Positions 48,913 to 59,061 of a stretch of 64,000 nucleotides of DNA are shown here, piece by piece. The number at the start of each line of letters is the position of its first letter. Within the stretch, counting starts at the first letter, position 1. Source of the stretch: Candidatus Omnitrophota bacterium (lineage in GTDB: Bacteria > Omnitrophota > Gorgyraeia > Zapsychrales > Aceulaceae); assembly GCA_029564765.1 (NCBI GenBank), contig JAKQPK010000050.1, positions 18,977-82,976 on the forward strand, written 5' to 3'. The translations under genes and the position numbers were made by a program. The notes beneath the pieces are model-generated. The model was not told the DNA's origin, searched no databases, and saw only the letters and a list, made by a program, of their open reading frames with translations.

Positions 48913-51118
48913 CGCCTCTCTCCTCACCTTTTTGCATATTCTGCTTGATCCATTCTTCTCTGTTCACTAAAAGCTCGCGCGCCTTGCTTCCAGAATATGG
49001 GCCAACGATCCCTTCTTGTTCCATCATATCGATGAGACGCGCCGCGCGCGCATAGCCTAAGCGCAATCTTCTCTGAAGCACGGAAACAGACGCTTGATTT
49101 GTCTCAACAACGATACGTACCGCTTCGTCGTAGACCTCATCCTTATCTTCCAGAACGCCTGCCGCTGTCCGCGTTTGTTTATTGATAATGCCTTCATTGT
49201 ACGTCGGTTGTTGCTGAACTTTGATAAAATCGATCACTCTGGAGATCTCTTCATCAGAAACATAGCAGCATTGTCCACGGATCGGCTTTGCCTCTCCCGG
49301 CTTTAAGAATAACATATCCCCTTTGCCGATCAAATTCTCAGCTCCATTCATATCAAGAACTGTTCGAGAATCAACCTTTGATGCGACTTTGAAAGAAACA
49401 CGGGCTGGAAAATTCGCCTTGATAACGCCAGTAATAACATCAACGGAAGGCCGTTGCGTTGCTAGAACAAGGTGAATACCAACAGCGCGCGAAAGCTGGG
49501 CTAAACGCGTGATCGCACTTTCAACCTCTTTTGCGCACACCTGCATCAAATCTGCCAGCTCATCGATCACGACAACGATGTATGGCATGTCGTTTCCTTT
49601 GGATACATAATCCGCGATGTTACGCGAGCCTGCTTGAGCGAGTAAGGAATATCGATTCTCCATCTCTCCAACGACCCATCCGAGCGCGGCCGTAACTTTC
49701 TTTGGGTCTGTGACCGCAGGGCATAACGCGTGAGGGATCGGATTGTACTGACTTAGCTCGACCATTTTTGGATCGACCATCAAAAACTTCAGCTGCTGAG
49801 GAGAATACTTAAAAAGCATTGATAAAATAATACTGTTAAGGCACACTGTCTTCCCTGATCCTGTCGTCCCAGCGACCAGTAAATGGGGCATGTCTGCCAG
49901 ATCCGCGATCAAAACCTGCCCAGCGGTATCCTTGCCTAACGCCAATGTCAGCAAGGACTTTGTTGAACGGAAATTGCTTTGAGCAAGAACATCCTTAAGA
50001 AAGACCATGGACGAAGATAAATTGGGAACCTCAACGCCAACACGGTTCTTGCCGGGGATCGGCGCAACGATGCGAACGCTTTGCGCCTTCATGGCAAGCG
50101 CAATATCATCAGCAAGGGTTGTGATCTGCTGAACGCGGACACCTGGTGCTGGTTCCAATTCATAACGAGTGATCACAGGTCCTCGTTCAATGTCCGCCAC
50201 TCGGACAGTAATGCCAAACTGTGCCAACGTTGTTTCCAAAACCTTGGCTCCTGTCATCAGATCATCTTGGATCTTCTGCGAAGAAACTGGCGGAGCATCC
50301 TTCAGCAGGTCAAGGGACGGCAAATGGTATTCACCGATCATTGGAGGCGCTTCTTTAATGACCGACTGCGGCTTAGGCGTCTCGACAGGGCCAAGCTTGA
50401 TCTTTGGCGCGGGAGCCGGCTTAGGCGCAGATGGCGCTTGCTTTGGAGCAACTTCTTCAAGCTTTGGCTTTGCCACAACCGCTTTAGCAGCTGTCTTCGC
50501 CTCTTCCTTTTTGCGCAGCTTCTGAGCTAAGTCGCTCTTATCGTCACTTAGGTGGTCTGCGAGCTTGCTATGGCTCTCGATGATGAGACTTTTAACCCAT
50601 TCGATAACTTTAAGGACAATAGGATAAAGAAGGAATTCTCCGATCAAGATCGCCATTGCCGCGGTGAACAGCCCTAAAATAATATACGCCCCTGTAGGGC
50701 CAAAATATTTAACAAGAAAGTCTCCTGCAACAATACCCACAAGGCCTGCCCGCTGAAAACGCTCGGCATCACCTGATGGCCCTATTAAGCTATAGAGCGC
50801 GCTGGTCGCAAGAAGAAGAACACCGAAATAGATAAACTTGGGGAATGAAAAGCGGATCTCACGGTTGGCAAAATTATTCCAACTCCAGAAAAACAAAAAA
50901 AGCGCGATAAAATACGCGCTGTATCCCATAACAAAAAGCGCACCTCCAGCCACATAAGCGCCAAAGATGCGGATCAAATTCTTTGCAGGAAGATTTGGTG
51001 TCGGCGTATACCAAGAAAGGTCAAAGGGGTCAAAAGAGATCAGGCTCGCAAAGAGAATCAGAGCGACAGCTAAAATGACAATACCTTTGATCTCGTTAAT
51101 GATATGCTGAGATTTCAT
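48899..51118 (-). CDS. ftsK: DNA translocase FtsK/SpoIIIE
   Basis: 4-TM N-terminal domain and a Pro/Ala/Lys-rich linker. Motor domain with Walker A (GTTGSGKT) and a C-terminal gamma (winged-helix) domain. Confidence 0.9.
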   Translation of the reverse strand: MKSQHIINEIKGIVILAVALILFASLISFDPFDLSWYTPTPNLPAKNLIRIFGAYVAGGALFVMGYSAYFIALFLFFWSWNNFANREIRFSFPKFIYFGVLLLATSALYSLIGPSGDAERFQRAGLVGIVAGDFLVKYFGPTGAYIILGLFTAAMAILIGEFLLYPIVLKVIEWVKSLIIESHSKLADHLSDDKSDLAQKLRKKEEAKTAAKAVVAKPKLEEVAPKQAPSAPKPAPAPKIKLGPVETPKPQSVIKEAPPMIGEYHLPSLDLLKDAPPVSSQKIQDDLMTGAKVLETTLAQFGITVRVADIERGPVITRYELEPAPGVRVQQITTLADDIALAMKAQSVRIVAPIPGKNRVGVEVPNLSSSMVFLKDVLAQSNFRSTKSLLTLALGKDTAGQVLIADLADMPHLLVAGTTGSGKTVCLNSIILSMLFKYSPQQLKFLMVDPKMVELSQYNPIPHALCPAVTDPKKVTAALGWVVGEMENRYSLLAQAGSRNIADYVSKGNDMPYIVVVIDELADLMQVCAKEVESAITRLAQLSRAVGIHLVLATQRPSVDVITGVIKANFPARVSFKVASKVDSRTVLDMNGAENLIGKGDMLFLKPGEAKPIRGQCCYVSDEEISRVIDFIKVQQQPTYNEGIINKQTRTAAGVLEDKDEVYDEAVRIVVETNQASVSVLQRRLRLGYARAARLIDMMEQEGIVGPYSGSKARELLVNREEWIKQNMQKGEERGDGAS

Positions 51119-53214
51119 CCAGCTTGTTTCTTGCTCAGATTAACTCGATTCTGCTCATCAACTTTGAGAATCTTTACCTTAAACTTATCTCCAACCTTGA
51201 CGACAGATTCAACATCCTTCACGAATTTATCCGAAAGCTCTGAAACATGCACAAGACCTTCGCGGCCAGGCAGAAACTCACAGAATGCCCCAAAATTTGT
51301 TACCTTTTTCACAACAGCATCATAGATACGGCCAACTTCAGGATCTTCAGTGATCCCGCGGATAAATTCGATCGCCTTATCGCAGGAAGCCTGGCTCGGG
51401 GAAGAAATAAAGATCGTGCCGTCATCCTCGATATCGATCGCAGCTTCCGTTTCAGCGATGATCTTCTTGATGATGCGACCGCCTGGGCCAATAACCTCAC
51501 CGATCTTGGATGGATCAATATGCAATTCAACGATCTTCGGCGCGTACTCGGATACCTTTTCGCGCGATGACGGTAAAACTGCATGCATCTTATCAAGGAT
51601 CTGAAAACGTGCACGCTTCGACTGGGCGATCGCCTGAGCTAAAAGCTCAATACTAATTCCGCGGATCTTAAGATCGAGCTGGATCGCTGTGACCCCTTTT
51701 CGGCTTCCGGCAACCTTAAAATCCATATCGCCAAAATGATCCTCGAGCCCCATAATATCTGTTATCAAAACAGCTTTTTTATCACCGGTAATAAGCCCGA
51801 CCGATATCCCTGCGACAGGATCCTTGATCGGAACACCGGCATCCATGAGACAGAGCGTTGCCGCACAAACGGTAGCCATGCTGGAAGAACCGTTGGACTC
51901 CAAGATCTCGGACACAACACGAATGGTATAAGGAAAGACTTCCTTGGACGGCATCACAGGCCATAAAGATTTCTCCGCTAAGGCTCCGTGACCGATCTCG
52001 CGCCTTCCAGGACCTCGCATGGGTCGCGTTTCCCCAACGCTAAACGAAGGAAAATTATAATGCAACATAAAGGTCTTGTTGGTTTTACCTTCAAGCGCGT
52101 CGATCATCTGCTCATCACTACGCGTTCCTAACGTCGCGATCGATAAGCTTTGCGTCTGTCCACGGGTAAATAAAGCTGAACCATGTGTCCGCGGCATAAT
52201 ATTAACTTCGCAGGAAATGGGACGGATATCCTCAAAAGAACGGCCATCGATACGGCGGCCCTCGTCAAGGGCGATGCGCCGCATTGCCTCAGCCTGGATC
52301 TCCTCTAGGGCGATCTTGACATCCACCAAAGGAACCTGATCTTGGCCTTCTCTCTTGAACTCATCAAATAGCGTCAGATCGCTCATGACACCCTTAATAA
52401 GATCATCTGTTGCTTTCTCTCGCGATTCCTTGTCAGCGATCTTGTAGGCCTCCAAGATCTTGCTAGAGGTCAAAGAGCGAACTTTTTCGATCAGACGAGG
52501 ATCGACCTGATAAAATTCAACTTTTGCCTTAGGTTTGCCAATATTACGAATAAGGTCTTTTTGCATGGTCAACAACACCTGCAGTTTCTCATAACCAAAG
52601 GAAACAGCCTTGATCACTTCATCTTCCGCAACTTCGCTGGCTTCTCCCTCGATCATAACGACGCCGTTGTCCGAACCAACAACCGTAAGGTCTAAACTAC
52701 TTGTCTGACGCTGCGTGAATGTTGGGTTCAAAACAAGTTGTCCCTCTAGGATCCCAACACGAACAGCACCGATCGGCCCATCAAAAGGAACATCCGAAAT
52801 GCCAAGGGCTGCGGAAGCGCCGATCAATCCTAAAAGATCGGGCGAATTCTCACCATCACTGCTTAAAACAAGCGCAACCACTTGAACCCCGTGAAAAAAT
52901 CCTTTAGGGAACAACGGACGGATGGGTCGGTCGATTAGGCGGGCTGATAAGATCTCGTTCTCTGAGGGGCGGCCTTCACGCTTAAAGAATCCCCCAGGAA
53001 TACGGCCTGCCGCGTAAGTTTTTTCTTGATATTCAACCGTTAAAGGAAAGAAATCGATTCCCGCTTGAGGTTCTTTCGACATACAAGCTGTTACCAATAC
53101 AACCGTTCCGCCGCATGTGACAGTTACAGCGCCGTTAGCTTGTTTGGCTAATTTTCCAGTTTCAATAATGATATTCTGATTCCCGAAAGGAACCTCAATG
53201 CGTTCAACGTTCAT
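51115..53214 (-). CDS. pnp: Polyribonucleotide nucleotidyltransferase (PNPase)
   Basis: Two RNase PH-like domains plus C-terminal KH and S1 domains; 699 aa. Canonical position downstream of rpsO. Confidence 0.95.
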   Translation of the reverse strand: MNVERIEVPFGNQNIIIETGKLAKQANGAVTVTCGGTVVLVTACMSKEPQAGIDFFPLTVEYQEKTYAAGRIPGGFFKREGRPSENEILSARLIDRPIRPLFPKGFFHGVQVVALVLSSDGENSPDLLGLIGASAALGISDVPFDGPIGAVRVGILEGQLVLNPTFTQRQTSSLDLTVVGSDNGVVMIEGEASEVAEDEVIKAVSFGYEKLQVLLTMQKDLIRNIGKPKAKVEFYQVDPRLIEKVRSLTSSKILEAYKIADKESREKATDDLIKGVMSDLTLFDEFKREGQDQVPLVDVKIALEEIQAEAMRRIALDEGRRIDGRSFEDIRPISCEVNIMPRTHGSALFTRGQTQSLSIATLGTRSDEQMIDALEGKTNKTFMLHYNFPSFSVGETRPMRGPGRREIGHGALAEKSLWPVMPSKEVFPYTIRVVSEILESNGSSSMATVCAATLCLMDAGVPIKDPVAGISVGLITGDKKAVLITDIMGLEDHFGDMDFKVAGSRKGVTAIQLDLKIRGISIELLAQAIAQSKRARFQILDKMHAVLPSSREKVSEYAPKIVELHIDPSKIGEVIGPGGRIIKKIIAETEAAIDIEDDGTIFISSPSQASCDKAIEFIRGITEDPEVGRIYDAVVKKVTNFGAFCEFLPGREGLVHVSELSDKFVKDVESVVKVGDKFKVKILKVDEQNRVNLSKKQAG

Positions 53215-53221
53215 TTATACC

Positions 53222-53497
53222 TCATTTACGTAGATTTAGTTTCTTGATGGTTTCCTCATATTTCTGAGGATCATTTTTCTTTAGATAGGCTAGATGTCTT
53301 CTGCGAGCACCGATCATCATCAAAAGGCCTCGGCGTGAATGAAAGTCCTTTTTATGGCCAGCAAGATGTTGGGAAAGGTCGTTAATTCTTTCGGTCAAAA
53401 GCGCGATCTGAACAACCGCTGATCCGGTGTCTTTGGCGTGGGTTTTAAAATTATCGATAACTTCTGTTTTTTTACCTTTTTGCAAAACCAATTTCAT
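53222..53497 (-). CDS. rpsO: 30S ribosomal protein S15
   Basis: 91 aa; [42 protein letters not shown] aligns with S15. Only 7 nt to pnp. Confidence 0.9.
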   Translation of the reverse strand: MKLVLQKGKKTEVIDNFKTHAKDTGSAVVQIALLTERINDLSQHLAGHKKDFHSRRGLLMMIGARRRHLAYLKKNDPQKYEETIKKLNLRK

Positions 53498-53549
53498 CCT
53501 CCTTTAATTCTTCTTTTTCAGATAAAGCCCATTGCTTTAAATGTTGCGC

Positions 53550-53578
53550 ATTATACAATTTATATCTATATTAGTCAA
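53550..53578 (-). promoter_or_regulatory. Consensus sigma70 promoter for rpsO-pnp: TTGACT-17-TATAAT
   Basis: Minus-strand -35 TTGACT (plus 53573-53578), 17-nt spacer, -10 TATAAT (plus 53550-53555). An AAAGGAGG SD directly abuts the ATG. Confidence 0.55.
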
Positions 53579-53616
53579 GCATCCTGTTCTTTGGGAAAAA
53601 AGCCAAGAAAAACGCG

Positions 53617-54627
53617 CTAGAGATAGCGGACGCAGTTACGCCCATCCGCCTTTGCCTGATAAAGGGCTTTATCAGCCAAGACCATAAGATCACGGAACGT
53701 TTTTGCCTGATTTTCAGGATAAGACGTTACCCCAATACTTAAAGTATTATGGATAGACGTCTTTTCACTAAGCTTGAATGTTTTATTCGCAACGGTCTCT
53801 TTGATACGCTCTGCCGCGACCATGGCTCCTGTCTTTTCTGTTCCTGTCAAGATCACTAGAAACTCATCCCCACCGTAACGCCCTAAAAGATCTGTTGTCC
53901 GTAAAAGCCTTTTAAGGGCTAAGGCGATCTGTTTAAGCATCTTGTCCCCGATATGATGGCCAAAATTATCATTGATTGGCTTAAAATAATCCAGGTCGAT
54001 CATCACGCATGTCATGGGCATATTATATCGCCTTGACCGATTCAGTTCTTCTTCAAGACGCTTAACGATCGCCCGGTGGTTCAGCAGCCCCGTCAAGCTA
54101 TCCTCCTGAGCGATCTTCTTAAGATAGCTCTCCCGCTTTTTTCTTTGCGTGATATCCTGAATAGTAACGATCACTCGCTCAAGCGAATTTTCAAATTCAT
54201 TCGGCACCGCAACGCGTAACCATAGATCGTAGCGGCGTCCGTCTGCCCCTCGTGTCTTGAACTCTGATTCGAAGATCTTCTCTCCTGAGATAAGCTCAAC
54301 GAATTCATCGATCATCACCTTAAGATCATCACCAGTCAGGGTCGTTGCAAAACGCTTTACCAAATTTTCTTTGCTGTCAGCACCGTAAAGGTCAAGCGCG
54401 GCAGGGTTGATATCGGCGATCTTGATCTTTTTAAATGCTTTTAAGGCTACACGCGGATGCTGCTGTAAATACTTGCGGAAATTAGAAATGTTTTCCTTTT
54501 TAAGCTGATCACGTAACTCGCAAAAACACGATAGATCTTCTTCCCATATCGCGATAGGCGAATTCTCGAAGATAAAGCGAAACCTCTCGTGATCGCTCTG
54601 ATAACTCTCAAATGAATGCTCTGCCAT
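53617..54627 (-). CDS. PAS domain-containing diguanylate cyclase (GGDEF)
   Basis: N-terminal PAS-like region and a C-terminal GGDEF domain with intact RYGGDEF active site and an RxxD-like I-site context. Confidence 0.85.
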   Translation of the reverse strand: MAEHSFESYQSDHERFRFIFENSPIAIWEEDLSCFCELRDQLKKENISNFRKYLQQHPRVALKAFKKIKIADINPAALDLYGADSKENLVKRFATTLTGDDLKVMIDEFVELISGEKIFESEFKTRGADGRRYDLWLRVAVPNEFENSLERVIVTIQDITQRKKRESYLKKIAQEDSLTGLLNHRAIVKRLEEELNRSRRYNMPMTCVMIDLDYFKPINDNFGHHIGDKMLKQIALALKRLLRTTDLLGRYGGDEFLVILTGTEKTGAMVAAERIKETVANKTFKLSEKTSIHNTLSIGVTSYPENQAKTFRDLMVLADKALYQAKADGRNCVRYL

Positions 54628-54651
54628 ACAGCAACCAGCAACCTTTCCAAT

Positions 54652-56331
54652 CTACGTATTACTGATCTTCTCAATACTTAGTATATATTTTCCGCCGATT
54701 CCTTCAAAGAAAATAATTTTAAATTTATCCCCTATGATACGCTTGAGGCTTTCCCACTGATTTTTCTTAACAATGCAATAAGTGATCGGTCTTTCGTTAA
54801 GAAAATCTAAGACCTTTTGATCAGTATTAAGAAAAGGGATCGGGTGCGGGCTAAAAAAACCTTTATCGTTGATATCGATCACGGCGATCGGTCGATCCGT
54901 ATAATAACGAACCCCGCGCGCGTAGAACTTACTTGTTAAAATGATGTCGTTAGATGTGTCAATATTCTTAAAAATATCACAGATCTGCTTGCAGGATACC
55001 CAGGGTTCCGCGGCCCGAAAGCTAAGGCTTAAGGGAACTAAAAGGGCAACAATAAGGCAGGCCTTGACGACGAGGCTCTTGACAAAATCTTTGCGCAAAA
55101 TAAAAAAAACAAGGCTTGCGGCACAGACCGCTAACAAGCCAATAAAAACATAACCTGCCGTCAGAGAATCATATGCTGGGCCAAATTTCTGGACAAAATA
55201 GATCCCAGCAGCCGCCGCAAGAAAAAGGCCGACTCCCATCGCAAGCGAAAAGCCGCGATAAAGACGGACGGTCAAGATGTTCCCTTCGGCCTTCTTGGCC
55301 AAGACAGACTCAAAATAAATACCAAGCAAGATCGCAAATGCTGGAAAGACTGGGAAAACATAGCTCGCTAATTTTGATTGGGCTAACTGTACAACCCCAA
55401 AAACCCAAACTATCCACAGCAGAAGAAACATCAAATGAGCCTGCCAGCCTTTGCTCGCCCTCCATAGATCGCGGGCAAAAGATCCCACCGGCACTAAAAA
55501 AAGGCTCCACGGAAAGACTCCAGCAAAGATCGTCATAAGGTAAAAATACCAAGTATTACTTTTTTGATGTTCCGCCTGGAAGATGCGGCGCACGTGGACA
55601 TTTTGCCAATATTCATCAATAAAACCTTGTCCAAACTGACCATAGCAATATATATGCCATGGAATTGCGATCGCTAAAAATAAAACAAATCCGATCAATG
55701 TCGCCCAACATCCCAAAAACTTGATGTCCTTACGATAAAGCAGAAACATAGCAATAATACCAAAAGGAAAAATAAAGCCTAAGGCGCCCTTGGTCAAGAC
55801 CGCTATCCCTGCGAGAACACAAGATAAGATGATCCCTAAGTTCTTGCGTTTTGGGTGCAAATAGCCATCGTAAAAGAAAACAAGAGATAGCAATACCCAG
55901 ACGGAGAAGACCATGTCAGTTAATACTGCTCGTGATAGCGCGACCCAGATAAAACTTGTCGCGAGGACAACCCCTGACAAAAACGCGGCTGTTCGCTTGC
56001 CTGAGATCCAAAAAGCTAACGCATATGTTCCTAAAACACCGATCACACCAAAAAGCGCTGGAATGAACCGTGAAGCAAATGGCGTCAATCCAAAAACCTT
56101 AACAGCGACGATCATCAACCAATATGTCATGATAGGCTTCTCGAATTGTGGCGCATCAAAAATATACGGAACAAGCCATTCATGGCGCTGCATCATTTCC
56201 TTGACGGTCTGCATATAAAAGACTTCGTCCGGATGCGTTAAGCTCAAACCGCCATTGCCAAGCATCAATGTGCAAAAAGAAATGAGCAACAATGCAAGGA
56301 CCAGAACAACATGTTTCTTGTTTTCAAGCAT
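54652..56331 (-). CDS. ArnT/PMT-like glycosyltransferase (GT39/GT83, GT-C fold)
   Basis: ~12 TM helices. The first periplasmic loop carries the DE motif (THPDEVFY) characteristic of ArnT and protein-O-mannosyltransferases. 559 aa. Confidence 0.8.
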   Translation of the reverse strand: MLENKKHVVLVLALLLISFCTLMLGNGGLSLTHPDEVFYMQTVKEMMQRHEWLVPYIFDAPQFEKPIMTYWLMIVAVKVFGLTPFASRFIPALFGVIGVLGTYALAFWISGKRTAAFLSGVVLATSFIWVALSRAVLTDMVFSVWVLLSLVFFYDGYLHPKRKNLGIILSCVLAGIAVLTKGALGFIFPFGIIAMFLLYRKDIKFLGCWATLIGFVLFLAIAIPWHIYCYGQFGQGFIDEYWQNVHVRRIFQAEHQKSNTWYFYLMTIFAGVFPWSLFLVPVGSFARDLWRASKGWQAHLMFLLLWIVWVFGVVQLAQSKLASYVFPVFPAFAILLGIYFESVLAKKAEGNILTVRLYRGFSLAMGVGLFLAAAAGIYFVQKFGPAYDSLTAGYVFIGLLAVCAASLVFFILRKDFVKSLVVKACLIVALLVPLSLSFRAAEPWVSCKQICDIFKNIDTSNDIILTSKFYARGVRYYTDRPIAVIDINDKGFFSPHPIPFLNTDQKVLDFLNERPITYCIVKKNQWESLKRIIGDKFKIIFFEGIGGKYILSIEKISNT

Positions 56332-57055
56332 GTAAGGCCTCCTCGATAAGCTGATTAATCGTCACGAATTCAAAACCCTGATTACGCATTTCTTTTGCTA
56401 GTAAAGGGATCGTAGCGACTGTTTGCGCGCGGTCGCCTCCCTCGCTTTTAAAAACGCCTCCACTGTCATGAAAAAGCAGGATATCTCCGCTTTTGACCCT
56501 GCGCATAATAAAACGCGTAATGTGGCGCGCGTCAAACGTGACCCAATCCTTTGAGTTCAAAGACCACAAAACAACATCATAACCCATTTCTTTGATCTTG
56601 CGTTTTGTCCGCGGGCCAAGCCATGCCTTCGGCGGACGAAAATACCGCGTCGTCTGTCCTGTTATCTGGCGGATCAAGTGCTCCGTGTATCGGATCTCCT
56701 GCTCGATCTCTTCCATGCGATAATACAAAACAACATTATGGGCATAGCCATGATTCTCGATCTCGTGCCCCTCGCGGGCGACCCGCTGGGCAACCTCAGG
56801 ATAAAGGCTGACATGGTATCCTGTCATGAAAAATGTTGCCTGGATACCACACTTTTTTAACTCGTCAAGGATCATCGGGGTCCAAACGGGCGATGGGCCA
56901 TCATCAAAAGTTAAAGCGATCTTTTTCTTCGCGGAGGGAAGGCGATAGATCGTTTCTCGACGGATCAGAACAGCCTGATCAAAAAAAATACAAAAGCAAA
57001 GAGCCGCGAGAAAAATGGTGGCACTACTGACAGTAAAAAGAAAAAGGAAATTCAT
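56324..57055 (-). CDS. Polysaccharide deacetylase (NodB homology domain, ArnD-like) with N-terminal TM anchor
   Basis: TFDDGP motif, HGYAHN motif and a downstream His motif of NodB/CE4 enzymes. 8-nt overlap with the downstream GT39 gene. Confidence 0.8.
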   Translation of the reverse strand: MNFLFLFTVSSATIFLAALCFCIFFDQAVLIRRETIYRLPSAKKKIALTFDDGPSPVWTPMILDELKKCGIQATFFMTGYHVSLYPEVAQRVAREGHEIENHGYAHNVVLYYRMEEIEQEIRYTEHLIRQITGQTTRYFRPPKAWLGPRTKRKIKEMGYDVVLWSLNSKDWVTFDARHITRFIMRRVKSGDILLFHDSGGVFKSEGGDRAQTVATIPLLAKEMRNQGFEFVTINQLIEEALHA

Positions 57056-57056
57056 A

Positions 57057-58685
57057 TTAGCGCTTAAACTCGATCAAAGACGGATCGTAACCTTCCGGCG
57101 CTTGAAAACCCAAAAGATTCAGCAATGTCGCAGCAACATTCGACAAGCCTCGATGAGGCAGATCCGCCATGGAATACTCGCCTTGATGGCTAGGATCAAC
57201 AATAATGAATGGAACCGGATTCAGCGTATGCGCGGTCTTAGCGCTTCGCTTGCCATTCTTTTCAACAAACATCTCATCTGCGTTGCCGTGGTCCGCCGTT
57301 ATAACAACGATCCCTCTCAGCTGACAAACTGTATCGATGAGCTTAGCGACACATTCATCCAACGCTTCGATAGAAACCTTGATCGCTTCAACAACGCCGG
57401 TGTGCCCGACCATGTCCCCGTTCGGAAAATTGATACGACCAAACCGATATTCCCCGCTTGTCAGCAGCTCGACGGCCTTTTCCGTGATCTCATAGCATTT
57501 CATTTTTGGCGCCTGATCGAACTGGATCCTGTCAGAAGGGATTTCAATATATTTTTCAAGTGCTTCGTTGATATAGCCAGACTTGTTACCATTCCAGAAA
57601 TATGTTACATGGCCATACTTCTGCGTTTCGGAGAGAGCAAATGATCTTACCCCGGTAGTGCACAGATATTCCCCGATCGTGCGCTCGATCTGAGGTGGAT
57701 TGACCAAGAAATTTTTTGGCACCTTCAGGTCTCCATCATACTGCATCATACCCGCGTAAATAACGCGTGGAAAACGCTCACGATCAAATTCCTTAAAATC
57801 TTCTTCATCAAATGCGCGTGAGATCTCAATAGCCCTATCACCACGAAAGTTAAAAAAGACCACCGAATCACCATCTTCGATCGTTCCCACAGGCTTATCA
57901 TCTACGCAAACAACAAACGCGTGCAAATATTGGTCTGTTATTTTAGGGTCTTCCGCATAATACGTTGATACAGCTTCTTCTGCCGATGAGAATTGCCGCG
58001 CCTTTCCTAAGACGTGGGCTTGCCAACCGCGATGCACAACGCTCCAATCCGCATTGTAGCGATCCATGGTCGTGATCATACGCCCACCACCTGATGCGAT
58101 ACGATAATCAACGCCAAATTCCTGATTGAGCGCACGTAAAAGATTTTCGGTCTTTTCGAGATAGCTCAGCGCGCTCTTTTCACCAACATCGCGCCCATCT
58201 AAAAGGACATGCAAGCGAAGTTTTTTAACACCGTCCTGCGCGCAACGCTTAATAAGCGCAAAAAGCTGGTCAATATGTGAATGCACATTCCCATCCGAAA
58301 GAAGTCCGATCAAATGAAATGTCGCTGACTTTCTTGGGCCATCTATCAACTGCGCCCACAAAGGTGTTTTGAAGATTTCCTCGCTGGCGATCGCGCCATC
58401 AACAAGCTTTGCGCCTTGGGCAAAAACCCGACCGGCACCCAACGCATTATGCCCTACTTCGCTATTGCCCATATCTTCATCACTGGGAAGACCAACAGCC
58501 ATGCCATGAGCCTGAAGGGATGTAAACAACGGACTTACAAAAAGCTTATCGAGACAGGGTGTGCGAGCGACAAAGACACCATTGGAAGGATCTTTTTTGC
58601 CAAGACCGATACCATCCATAATAATGAACAACAGTGGCCCGGGCCGCCCAGAAAACGCTTTAAGTTTTTTTAAATGTAGATCCAT
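57057..58685 (-). CDS. gpmI: 2,3-bisphosphoglycerate-independent phosphoglycerate mutase
   Basis: iPGM alkaline-phosphatase-like core (IIMDGIG...GNSEVGHNALGAGR) and C-terminal ADHGNADEM motif; 542 aa. Confidence 0.9.
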   Translation of the reverse strand: MDLHLKKLKAFSGRPGPLLFIIMDGIGLGKKDPSNGVFVARTPCLDKLFVSPLFTSLQAHGMAVGLPSDEDMGNSEVGHNALGAGRVFAQGAKLVDGAIASEEIFKTPLWAQLIDGPRKSATFHLIGLLSDGNVHSHIDQLFALIKRCAQDGVKKLRLHVLLDGRDVGEKSALSYLEKTENLLRALNQEFGVDYRIASGGGRMITTMDRYNADWSVVHRGWQAHVLGKARQFSSAEEAVSTYYAEDPKITDQYLHAFVVCVDDKPVGTIEDGDSVVFFNFRGDRAIEISRAFDEEDFKEFDRERFPRVIYAGMMQYDGDLKVPKNFLVNPPQIERTIGEYLCTTGVRSFALSETQKYGHVTYFWNGNKSGYINEALEKYIEIPSDRIQFDQAPKMKCYEITEKAVELLTSGEYRFGRINFPNGDMVGHTGVVEAIKVSIEALDECVAKLIDTVCQLRGIVVITADHGNADEMFVEKNGKRSAKTAHTLNPVPFIIVDPSHQGEYSMADLPHRGLSNVAATLLNLLGFQAPEGYDPSLIEFKR

Positions 58686-58784
58686 AAGATATTTTTATAT
58701 GAGTATATATAGACCGTGTTATTGTACATAAAAACAAAGGAGCTTGAAACTTTTTTTGTAGAAATTTATGGAACTGCGGTAGTC

Positions 58785-58970
58785 TCAGGCTGGAAATTCC
58801 GGCTGGTGATACTTGATCCACTCGTTGGCGTAACGGCTGTACCAATCCTCTGCCGCTGCTTGAAAGCCGATATCTTTACCTTTTTTCTCACCTTCAAACC
58901 AGCGATGGCGTTCGATCTCTTCGATCACGCGTTTATCTTTAAGAAGTTGTTGCAAAGGATATTTACACAT
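58785..58970 (-). CDS. Small (61 aa) conserved-looking hypothetical protein with its own promoter and RBS
   Basis: ATG 58968-58970 with SD AGGAAA 7 nt upstream and a TTGACA-18-TACAAT promoter just upstream. Sequence contains HRWFEGEKKGKDIGFQAAAEDW. No family assignment. Confidence 0.5.
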   Translation of the reverse strand: MCKYPLQQLLKDKRVIEEIERHRWFEGEKKGKDIGFQAAAEDWYSRYANEWIKYHQPEFPA

Positions 58971-58987
58971 AATTTTTTCCTAAACGC

Positions 58988-59017
58988 ATTGTATCGCAAC
59001 AAGATAAAAACTGTCAA
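58988..59017 (-). promoter_or_regulatory. Candidate sigma70 promoter: TTGACA-18-TACAAT
   Basis: Minus-strand -35 TTGACA (plus 59012-59017), 18-nt spacer, -10 TACAAT (plus 58988-58993). Predicted TSS falls just before the SD of the 61-aa CDS. Confidence 0.45.
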
Positions 59018-59061
59018 GAAATATAAATAACGCTCAAGAAAAGAACACAAGACGCCAATGC

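Noticed and set aside
58716-59030. 104-aa plus-strand ORF opposite the 61-aa small CDS
   Set aside because: It has no RBS or promoter in the right orientation. The minus-strand 61-aa ORF has both a consensus promoter and an SD, and every flanking gene from 45732 to the window end is on the minus strand.
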